In this document: piece after piece, positions 1 through 7,421 of the stretch
Numbering within the stretch: the first letter of the stretch is position 1
Layout: each line of letters starts with the position of its first letter
Assembly: GCA_007121655.1 (NCBI GenBank)
Contig: SKKD01000034.1
Location: forward strand, 1,237 to 65,236
Length of the DNA stretch: 64,000 bases
Origin: Desulfonatronovibrio sp.
Lineage (GTDB): Bacteria > Desulfobacterota > Desulfovibrionia > Desulfovibrionales > Desulfonatronovibrionaceae
Direction: 5' to 3'
Notes under the pieces: generated by a model
Told to the model about the DNA's origin: nothing
What the model saw: the letters and a program-made list of their open reading frames with translations, nothing else
Databases searched by the model: none
Made by a program: the position numbers and the translations under genes

Positions 1-28
1 CAGCAATTATCTCTTAGGCCAGCAGCAT

Positions 29-63
29 ATAAGGGGAGGGGATCTCATAAGGGGAGGGGATCT
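29..63. repeat. 17-bp direct repeat x2 (ATAAGGGGAGGGGATCT)
   Basis: Identical copies at 29-45 and 47-63. Confidence 0.9.
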
Positions 64-106
64 TACTTCACTTTGTTTCTGATTGATTCAGTCAGACCTC
101 CCTCAA

Positions 107-205
107 CCCTTCGACAGGCTCAGGGCGAACGGAAAAGGGGATACTCAGGTTCCGGAAATTGCGAACAATTCAGAAAGCCCTTCGACAAGCTCTGGGTGAA
201 CGGAA
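107..205. repeat. 28-bp REP-like direct repeat x2
   Basis: CCCTTCGACAGGCTCAGGGCGAACGGAA (107-134) vs CCCTTCGACAAGCTCTGGGTGAACGGAA (178-205), 3 mismatches; non-coding context. Confidence 0.75.
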
Positions 206-430
206 TATGCGATATTCAGGCTTTTGAACGGAAATTGCAGTACTCAGGTTATTTAGTGATATTTAGGTTCGGAGCGAGCTAATTCCTGAATTTTAGAATT
301 ATATGTTCAAAAGCATCAGAAATTAATGGTGAATAAACAGAGCTGCAAAAAAACAAGAAGAATATATGACCTTATGAAAATAAAGACCTGTATTTACAAG
401 TTGATTAAAAATATTATTTTCTGAAATGTT

Positions 431-444
431 TTGATTTAAGTCAA
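431..444. promoter_or_regulatory. Putative HcpR (Crp/Fnr-Dnr type) binding site TTGATTTAAGTCAA
   Basis: TTGAY-N4-RTCAA; 13/14 identical to the perfect palindrome between hcp and hcpR; upstream of the Fe-S protein gene. Confidence 0.7.
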
Positions 445-573
445 GGCGCTATCTTTGCCTGGAGTGCATAAAGGACTCACGCGGCGACTGAAGAGGCCGG
501 GGCGGAAATAAGCCCCCCGGGATATTCAGGACTCGTAGTTCGAAAAAAAGCAAATCAACAGGAGGTCTTGACC

Positions 574-1359
574 ATGACCAGAGAACTGAGAGATATCGTA
601 AAAATTGATGAGGAACTGTGTGACGGCTGCGGAGTGTGCGTTCCTGAATGCGCCGAAGGAGCCATTGAAATACGCGACGGAAAGGCCAGGCTGGTGGCTG
701 AAAAATTATGCGACGGCCTGGGCGCCTGTCTGGGACAATGTCCCAGAGATGCCATCACAGTGATCCAGCGCGAGGCGGAACCTTTTGACGAAGAAGCAGT
801 GGAAGAGCGATTGAACGAACTTGAATCGGAAGTGCTGAAAGAATCAGTCCCCAACCTGGGGTGCGGATGCCCGGGGTCTGCCATGACCACTTTTGAACCG
901 GCAAGAACCGCCCCCGAGCCGAAATCCGGGACAAGCAGTGCATCGGCCCTGACTCATTGGCCGTTGCAGATCCGTCTGATCCCTCCTCATGCTCCGTTTC
1001 TTAAAGGGGCGGATCTCCTTGTCGCAGCCGATTGTGCTCCGGCGGCTTATCCCGCTCTGCACCAGGAACTGCTGCCCGGAAAGGTGATCATGCTCGGCTG
1101 CCCGAAGTTTGACGATGCTCAGGATTATGTGCAGCGCTTTGCGGAAATTTTCAGGCAGGCAGGAATAAAGAGCGTTACCGTGCTGTCCATGGAGGTTCCA
1201 TGCTGTGCCGGATTGGCGCAGATTGTACGGCAGGCCATTTTCATTTCCGGCAGCCGGATACCTTTTAAAGAAATCAAGGTGAGCAGACAGGGTGAGATCC
1301 TGCCCGAAGCCGGGGACGCAACCAGGCCTGAGGGAGAAACTCTGATCAATCTGCACTAA
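574..1359 (+). CDS. 4Fe-4S dicluster iron-sulfur protein of the type found beside hcp (FrdX-like)
   Basis: CDGCGVCVPEC and CDGLGACLGQCP motifs, GCGCPGS linker, C-terminal HWPLQI...ADC...GCPKFDD...MEVPCC domain; GGAGG RBS 8 nt before ATG 574. Confidence 0.85.
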   Translation: MTRELRDIVKIDEELCDGCGVCVPECAEGAIEIRDGKARLVAEKLCDGLGACLGQCPRDAITVIQREAEPFDEEAVEERLNELESEVLKESVPNLGCGCPGSAMTTFEPARTAPEPKSGTSSASALTHWPLQIRLIPPHAPFLKGADLLVAADCAPAAYPALHQELLPGKVIMLGCPKFDDAQDYVQRFAEIFRQAGIKSVTVLSMEVPCCAGLAQIVRQAIFISGSRIPFKEIKVSRQGEILPEAGDATRPEGETLINLH

Positions 1360-1420
1360 GGTGGATTATGCCCGCAACCCAAACAGATTTTTTAACCGCC
1401 CGCTCGAAGACTCGCTGGAG

Positions 1421-1449
1421 ACACAAAGGTCGCCAGGGAAGAAACTCAA
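1421..1449. repeat. Dispersed intergenic repeat (29 bp, exact inverted copy at 19399-19427)
   Basis: ACACAAAGGTCGCCAGGGAAGAAACTCAA equals the reverse complement of 19399-19427. Confidence 0.85.
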
Positions 1450-1696
1450 GGGGTGATGAATTTCATTTGCCGGGAAACGGCAAATGAAAAAGGTTGCCTG
1501 TCCAAAAGCGTTACCCGGTTTTGGACAATATTCTGCTTTGTGTCTTATACTTTGCGTCCCAAGAGTATCTGTGGTTCAAAGCTTTTTCTTATTTCCCTAT
1601 GACTCCAGTGTTAATGAAAGAAATTTTCCAGAGCAGGCAGGATTTCAGGTTTAAGTTAAAATTGTTACACACACAATATCAACCAGGAGGACACTC

Positions 1697-2011
1697 ATGA
1701 AGAAGATCAATCTGTTCGAGGCCAACGACTTCAGCGAAAAGGCGATGAAAAAGTTTCTGGTACATGATTCACCGTACTTTAAAATTTTAAACTTCAATTT
1801 TAAGGCCGGGCAGCAATTGCCCATTCATTCTCATGACATTGAAGGCCAGCTCTCCATCCTGGTCCTGGAGGGAGAGGGCGAGTTTCTGGCCCAGGACGGG
1901 ACTCTTCCTGCAAAGACCGGGGATGTGCTGGTCTGTGACATCAGCGTGCCCCACGGCATCAGGGCGGACACGGACATGCGAACCGTTGTTACCATTGCGC
2001 CTCCGATTTAG
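1697..2011 (+). CDS. Cupin domain protein
   Basis: PIHSH and PHG cupin motifs; AGGAGG RBS. Confidence 0.85.
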   Translation: MKKINLFEANDFSEKAMKKFLVHDSPYFKILNFNFKAGQQLPIHSHDIEGQLSILVLEGEGEFLAQDGTLPAKTGDVLVCDISVPHGIRADTDMRTVVTIAPPI

Positions 2012-2021
2012 AGGGACAGTG

Positions 2022-2056
2022 GTCAGGAGTCAGGAGTCAGGAGTCAGAGGTCAGAG
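2022..2056. repeat. Heptamer tandem repeat (GTCAGGA/GTCAGAG x5)
   Basis: Directly visible; partial complementary tract at ~2133-2150. Confidence 0.85.
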
Positions 2057-2178
2057 AAGGGTGAAGAAGTTTCAAGGTTCAACGTTGAAGACTTGGGGAC
2101 TGTCGGGGATCAAACACCGACCACTGACCACAGCCTCCTGACCTCTGATCTCAAGCCCACTGACCACTCGACTGCAGC

Positions 2179-2376
2179 TTACTCTTCCTCCCAGTGTATG
2201 CACTCCACAGGGCATGAATCGATAGACTCCTGAATTTCATCTTCAGGACCTCCGGTTTCCTTAATCACCCTGGCCTTTTCCGTTTCCTCATCAAAGGCGA
2301 ACACTTCCGGACAAAGTTCCACGCAGGTCTCACAACCGATGCATTCTTCTTCCACGATTATGACCTTCTTACTCAT
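2179..2376 (-). CDS. Single-cluster ferredoxin
   Basis: CIGCETCVELCPEVF...CPVECI; acidic 65-aa protein; AAGGAGG RBS. Confidence 0.92.
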   Translation of the reverse strand: MSKKVIIVEEECIGCETCVELCPEVFAFDEETEKARVIKETGGPEDEIQESIDSCPVECIHWEEE

Positions 2377-2559
2377 CACAACCTCCTTGCAAGCAGGAAT
2401 TAAAAAAACATGTCGCCGGTTTCAGCATAAATCTAAGATAATTTTCAAATCTATGTTTTAATTCATACATGTCAAAATTTTTTTTAAATAATTAATGCTG
2501 AATTGATTGAAACCACATAATTCAGCAAGGCGAAGTAAGAATTTCAAAACGGTTTTGCA

Positions 2560-3210
2560 TTATAGCCCGGCATTTGCGTGGAACAAAGCTTTGATGCTTT
2601 CAGGATCTTTTAACAGTTCACTAAGACGCATTTTCCTTTCAAAGGACTTCTGGTGCAGTTGAAGTAATGTATTAAGGATCATGAATCCCTGGTCAATACT
2701 GAAAATATCTCCGAGATCCACAGCCAGCCGGGGTTGCCTGCCCAGTCTTCCCCCGGCCACCATTCTGTATCCACGCTTTTTTTCGGCAATTTCCCCTTCC
2801 GGGCAAGCCGGCAAACACTGCCCGCAAAAAAGACACCTGTCATATTTTATCACGGCCCGGCCACCGCAAATATCAATCGCTTCTTCTTTGCAGGCAGAAG
2901 CACACACCCCGCATTCGCTGCATCCCGCTTCATTTACCACAGGCATGACAGCGCCTATAAATCCAAGATCGTATATATGCGGCCTTGAACAGCCGTTGGG
3001 ACAGCCGGAGAGACTGATTTTCAGCTTCTCATGGGGTTTTAGTCCTGACCGGGCTTCGGCGGCCATAAACCTTTTCCAGGGAGAATCAGTTATAATCTTT
3101 TCCAGCCTGGCCAGTAGATCTTTATCCGGGGCAACACAATTGGAGCAACCCTTCTTCGAAAACCCCCGGCAGGCATCAATAATAAAATGAATGTCATTTA
3201 TGTTCTGCAT
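2560..3210 (-). CDS. Nitrite/sulfite-reductase-like 4Fe-4S domain protein
   Basis: SGCPNGCSRP motif, two CxxCxxCxxxC ferredoxin motifs, GGRLGRQPRLA; start placed at ATG 3210 (uncertain). Confidence 0.8.
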   Translation of the reverse strand: MQNINDIHFIIDACRGFSKKGCSNCVAPDKDLLARLEKIITDSPWKRFMAAEARSGLKPHEKLKISLSGCPNGCSRPHIYDLGFIGAVMPVVNEAGCSECGVCASACKEEAIDICGGRAVIKYDRCLFCGQCLPACPEGEIAEKKRGYRMVAGGRLGRQPRLAVDLGDIFSIDQGFMILNTLLQLHQKSFERKMRLSELLKDPESIKALFHANAGL

Positions 3211-3280
3211 GGCAATAATCCCGTCTTTAAGCAGCCGGATGAGCTCAGGTGATAACTCCAAGGCCCTTGCTTGCACCTGG

Positions 3281-3294
3281 CTGACCGTGATCAA
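3281..3294. promoter_or_regulatory. Putative HcpR site (minus strand TTGATCACGGTCAG)
   Basis: One mismatch to TTGAY-N4-RTCAA, ~70 nt upstream of ATG 3210. Confidence 0.5.
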
Positions 3295-3577
3295 CCGAGT
3301 CAAGAAGGCTGCAAGACATCAGGGTGAGCACATTTTGTTTATGGCTCTTCGACGTTAGCCTTAGATTTTGTTCAATCCACTCATTAGTGCCCAGGAACCA
3401 GAATTAATATCTCCCTTATCAGCTGATAGTTACGGTCCTGGCACGCCTCACCTGTCAATTGCGAGGAAGCGCAGCGATCTAAGCAATCTGTATGGCTAAT
3501 TGCCAATATGCTTTAAATTACTTAGAAGTTGATTACAAAAGTATTAAAAAGTCTATAACCACAAAATTTTCATCCGA

Positions 3578-3622
3578 AAACCAATAGTTCCGGTATCCGG
3601 AAAGAAAAATTCCCGGATGGAA
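3578..3622. repeat. Palindromic REP-like element, related copy at 17737-17783
   Basis: Shared AAACCAATAGTTCC...ATCCGGAAAGAAA...TGGAA. Confidence 0.7.
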
Positions 3623-3647
3623 ACAAATTAGATAAAGGAGAAGGCAA

Positions 3648-4826
3648 ATGAAGACAAGAAAGATTAAGGACGGCATATCATGGCTCGGAGCAGTGGACTG
3701 GGATCGCCGTCTGTTTGATGCTCTTATTCCCCTGCCCGACGGGACTACTTATAATGCCTATCTTGTGGAAGGAAGCGAAAAAGTCGCCCTTCTGGACACC
3801 GTTGATCCCCCAATGGCGGAGCATCTGCTGGCCCAGCTGGAAGATGTCGACAAAATCGATTACATCATCTCCCACCACGCTGAACAAGATCATTCCGGCA
3901 GCATCGGCCATGTTCTGGAAAAGTATCCTCAAGCCAAAGTAGTGGTCACTCCCAAAGCCAGGGGCATGCTCATGGATCATCTGGGCATTGCGGAAGAGGC
4001 TTTCATTACAGTGGAGGACGGGGAGGTCTTATCCCTGGGAAACAGGACCCTGAAGTTCCTCCATACCCCGTGGGTACACTGGCCTGAAACCATGGTCACT
4101 TATCTTGAGGAGGACAGGATACTCTTCAGCTGTGATTTTTTTGGCTCCCATATCGCCACCTCGGATCTTTTCCTGACCGATGAAGGCCGGGTTTACGAGG
4201 CTGCCAAACGCTATTTTGCCGAAATTATGATGCCCTTCAGAAGCTTTATTGTTAAAAACCTGGCAAAGCTCGAACCTTATGAGATATCCATGATTGCCCC
4301 CAGCCACGGACAGATTTACCAGCAGCCGGCGTTCATCATGGATGCCTGGAAGGAGTGGGCATCAGGTCAGCCTAAAAACCTGGTTGTTCTGCCCTATGTG
4401 TCCATGCACGGAAGCACCCAGCTGATGGTGGACTATCTGGTTCAGGCGCTGGTGGAAAACGGGGTCAGGGTGGAGCCCTTTAACCTGACTGTTACCGACA
4501 TCGGCAAACTGGCCATAGCTTTAGTGGACGCAGGCACGATAGTTGTGGGAACGCCTACAGTTCTGGCAGGACCGCATCCGGTGGCAGCCTACGGAACTTT
4601 CCTGGCCAACGCCTTACGACCGGGCGCCAGGTATGTATCCATCATCGGATCATACGGATGGGGAGGAAAAACAGTGGAGACTCTGGCCGGGATGATTCCA
4701 AACCTCAAGGCCGAGGTTCTTGAACCGGTCCTGTGCAAAGGCAAACCTGGCAAGGACACTTATGAGGCCCTGGACGAACTGGCCCGGACCATTGCGGCCA
4801 GACACAGGGAAGGGGGGTTTGAATAG
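3648..4826 (+). CDS. fprA: Flavodiiron protein (NO/O2 reductase, A-type flavoprotein)
   Basis: GTTYNAYL, HHAEQDHSG, PWVHWPET, FSCDFFG, PSHG, flavodoxin SMHGST and GSYGWGG; AAGGAG RBS. Confidence 0.93.
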   Translation: MKTRKIKDGISWLGAVDWDRRLFDALIPLPDGTTYNAYLVEGSEKVALLDTVDPPMAEHLLAQLEDVDKIDYIISHHAEQDHSGSIGHVLEKYPQAKVVVTPKARGMLMDHLGIAEEAFITVEDGEVLSLGNRTLKFLHTPWVHWPETMVTYLEEDRILFSCDFFGSHIATSDLFLTDEGRVYEAAKRYFAEIMMPFRSFIVKNLAKLEPYEISMIAPSHGQIYQQPAFIMDAWKEWASGQPKNLVVLPYVSMHGSTQLMVDYLVQALVENGVRVEPFNLTVTDIGKLAIALVDAGTIVVGTPTVLAGPHPVAAYGTFLANALRPGARYVSIIGSYGWGGKTVETLAGMIPNLKAEVLEPVLCKGKPGKDTYEALDELARTIAARHREGGFE

Positions 4827-5064
4827 GTCAGGGGGTCTGCCGAGCAGCGGATAAGGATTTATCCCGTCTGCGAAGACCTGCGAGATCTGCCTGCCCCGTG
4901 GAACTTCTTTCATTTAACTGGGGCGGTTAAATTCTTCTGGCTTCATTCTTCAAGCATCAGGGCAAAGATAAGGATTTTTTAGCCGCTGATTGCGCTGATT
5001 TACGCTGATAAGAAAGGTATTAATTCTGGTTCCTGGACACTAACGTCGAAGAGCCGCAATAAAT

Positions 5065-5094
5065 AACCCCGGTCCGCATATGCAGACCGGGGTT
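5065..5094 (-). terminator. Hairpin terminator after nrfA
   Basis: AACCCCGGTC...GACCGGGGTT stem followed by an AT-rich tract on the minus strand. Confidence 0.65.
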
Positions 5095-5122
5095 CTCAGT
5101 TAGACGAAAAGCAGCCGGTTAC

Positions 5123-6697
5123 TTATCTGATCCTTTCATTCAGATCCCACATAAGTTCGGCCTCTTCAAGCAGGGGCAGGTAACCCAGCCATTCATGGGA
5201 ATCCAGATGTTCCCGGCTCATTTGCAGCTCGCGGCTGTGTTCCTCAATGGGAGGAACGATCTCATAAATATCTCCCTCCAGGTCCGGAGCTATGCCGTAA
5301 TTTGTGGCCTGCATGGCATATTGAACTGCCTGGCGGCTGTATTTCTGGGATCTGGCCAGAGTTTCAATGGCCTTGGACGGATTGTGAAACCCGGCGCTGT
5401 TTTCCGCTGAAACATAATCCCAGAACCATTGTCCCTTGCGCACCCGCTCCCTGGCCTGGATCATCAGTTCATTAAAATTATCCCGGACTTCACCATCGTA
5501 TTCAGAAGCCAGTCTGACCGCCTCATGAGCACGCACGGATTCCTCCTGGGCAATCATAAGCTGGTCCCAGGTTCTTTCCTGAGAGTAGATTACTCTGTCT
5601 TTCAGGTATTGCGGATTATGTCCGGTATGACACTGCCCGCAGGATTTTTCTATAGCATCCAGGGATCTCAAAGGGGAGGTCTGAAAGTGGCTGGATATCT
5701 TTTTCTTTCCATCCATACGGGTATAGGGCATATGGCAGTCGGCGCAGGACACTCCGGCCGCTCCGTGGGTGCTGTCATGGAACATTTCGTATTCCGGATG
5801 CTGAGTTTTGATCATTGGAGTATCGGAAACCGCATGGGTCCAGTCAATGAACCAGCCCTCAAAACCCTCCCGGTCGGTTATTCCGAAACCCTTCTTATAT
5901 TCATAGATATCCTCCGGATTTTTGCCCAGATCCCAGGGAAACCTGGGCTTGGCTGCCACACCGATCTCCCCATGCTCGAAATAATATTCTACATGGCACT
6001 GAGCGCAGACCAGAGTCCGCATTTCATTGCGCGTGGCATCCCTCCAGTCTTTATCCTCTCTTTTTAATGCTTCATCCAGAGGAACACTGGTGATGCGCAG
6101 GCTCATATCCACGGGATCGTGACAGACATTACACCCGACCGCATGCTCAACCAAATCATGTTCTTCGCGGAATTCGTTAAAATCCTTGGCCCAGAAATCG
6201 TCTCCGTACTCTTCAATATAGCCCGGCATCTTATTGGTTTTGCAGTTCCAGCAGGTGGCGGGCAGCCCGGCCTTCTCGCCATATCTGTTCAAACGGTCTA
6301 TATCCAGAATATCGTGGATCACATTGGCATGTCCCCTGGCCCGGTTGTACTCGAAGCTGAAGGGATAGCCCAGCCAGAGATTTTTCAGGTAAGGCTGGCA
6401 ATACTTGTAAGCCTGGGGCAAATCTCCGCACAAATGTTTTGCATGGGGGATTGAGCCACCATATTCGGTCATCTGTCCATCACCAATGTCAAAATCCTCG
6501 GCCTTGAGCTGCTGGTAAGTCTGGTACTGGAGGGGAAAAAGATCTGCAAAGGAGCTGTTTTTCTCGGCATCCTCCTTAGTCAGGTCTGTCGCATATGCAG
6601 GCGTTTGCGGATCAGGTATCTCGGTGCATCCGACAAAGAGAAAAAACAGGGCAAACATGGAAAATAACGCGAATGAGTATAAAACTTGCTTATTCAT
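5123..6697 (-). CDS. nrfA: Cytochrome c nitrite reductase, catalytic subunit (ammonia-forming)
   Basis: Active-site CWNCK plus four CxxCH (CNVCH, CAQCH, CADCH, CGQCH); AENSAGFHNP; lipoprotein-like signal FVGC; start overlaps nrfH stop. Confidence 0.96.
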   Translation of the reverse strand: MNKQVLYSFALFSMFALFFLFVGCTEIPDPQTPAYATDLTKEDAEKNSSFADLFPLQYQTYQQLKAEDFDIGDGQMTEYGGSIPHAKHLCGDLPQAYKYCQPYLKNLWLGYPFSFEYNRARGHANVIHDILDIDRLNRYGEKAGLPATCWNCKTNKMPGYIEEYGDDFWAKDFNEFREEHDLVEHAVGCNVCHDPVDMSLRITSVPLDEALKREDKDWRDATRNEMRTLVCAQCHVEYYFEHGEIGVAAKPRFPWDLGKNPEDIYEYKKGFGITDREGFEGWFIDWTHAVSDTPMIKTQHPEYEMFHDSTHGAAGVSCADCHMPYTRMDGKKKISSHFQTSPLRSLDAIEKSCGQCHTGHNPQYLKDRVIYSQERTWDQLMIAQEESVRAHEAVRLASEYDGEVRDNFNELMIQARERVRKGQWFWDYVSAENSAGFHNPSKAIETLARSQKYSRQAVQYAMQATNYGIAPDLEGDIYEIVPPIEEHSRELQMSREHLDSHEWLGYLPLLEEAELMWDLNERIR

Positions 6698-7157
6698 CAG
6701 CCACCCTCCTCTGGGCAATGGAAAGTTTACTCATGTGGGGGATCTGCCGGTGGCAGTCGGTACAATAAGGCTTAACCTCACTGGCTGCCACGTTCAGACC
6801 GGTCATGGTATGACAATTGATGCAGTTGTCTTTAATTATGTCCCTGCTTCTGTCGGTTACGTGAATGACATCCGGAATATCTCCAGCGATGTTTCTGTAG
6901 ACGTCCTTGGTTCCCGCATAGCTCTTGAAGAGCATCTTGGGCAACGCTGAGAAGGGAGCATGACATTCATTGCAGGACAGCTTCGCATGCACGGATTGCT
7001 GATGGGTGCGTACAGACTCGTACATTACATGACAACTTCCGCAAAATTCTGCCTGATCCGTCGCATTAAGGGTAAATCCGGCACCGGCCGTCAGAATCAT
7101 ACCGGCAAGCAGTATGACCAGTACAGCCAGGAGAGACACTCCTTGCTGTTTTTTCAT
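6690..7157 (-). CDS. nrfH: Cytochrome c nitrite reductase small subunit (NapC/NirT tetraheme)
   Basis: N-terminal TM helix; CGSCHVM, CNECH, CINCH, CTDCH; AAGGAGG RBS before ATG 7157. Confidence 0.95.
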   Translation of the reverse strand: MKKQQGVSLLAVLVILLAGMILTAGAGFTLNATDQAEFCGSCHVMYESVRTHQQSVHAKLSCNECHAPFSALPKMLFKSYAGTKDVYRNIAGDIPDVIHVTDRSRDIIKDNCINCHTMTGLNVAASEVKPYCTDCHRQIPHMSKLSIAQRRVADE

Positions 7158-7342
7158 AAGCGAACCTCCTTGCTTCTTACTTATATCATTAAGCCGTATT
7201 ATCAGTATATCAATAGAATAAAACATGAAAAAGCACAAAAAGGATTCATTGAGCAACAGATACAGAAAAGAGATAAGTGTTGATAAGCGAACAGGCCTTC
7301 TTCACCTGATTTCATTAAGTAATACTAAGCCTGTTTTTTCAG

Positions 7343-7400
7343 GTATTTCCCGGCCTCTGTGCAAAAATAGAATTATATTGCAAAGAGGCCGGAGAAATAC
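7343..7400 (-). terminator. Imperfect long hairpin downstream of hcp
   Basis: GTATTTCCCGGCCTCTGTGCAA ... TTGCAAAGAGGCCGGAGAAATAC. Confidence 0.5.
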
Positions 7401-7421
7401 TGAGGAGGGCGGAGATATGAT

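Larger units (their letters stand above)
3343..5055. mobile_element. Inverted-repeat-bounded segment carrying fprA (possible non-autonomous element)
   Basis: 3343-3423 (minus a 29-nt insert) matches the reverse complement of 5004-5055 at 48/52 nt; ends GGCTCTTCGACGTTAG; no transposase, no clear target-site duplication. Confidence 0.45.

Noticed and set aside
73-282. 69-aa ORF (STLRQAQGER/PFDKL) and ORFs 1494-1700, 1833-2141, 12582-12779, 19265-19459
   Set aside because: Translations of REP or heptamer repeats; no RBS or domain evidence
486-525. Hammerhead-like CTGAAGA...GAAA
   Set aside because: No valid stem II closing pair before GAAA, and no stem I/III with an NUH cleavage site
3211-3333. 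Possible selenoprotein N-terminal extension of the Fe-S ORF: ATG TGC TCA CCC TGA TGT (M-C-S-P-U-C) in frame, with a downstream hairpin
   Set aside because: No clear RBS, the ATG is 9 nt from the inverted repeat, and the segment contains an HcpR-like box, so it is better explained as promoter DNA. It would need homologs with Cys/Sec at that position to be revived
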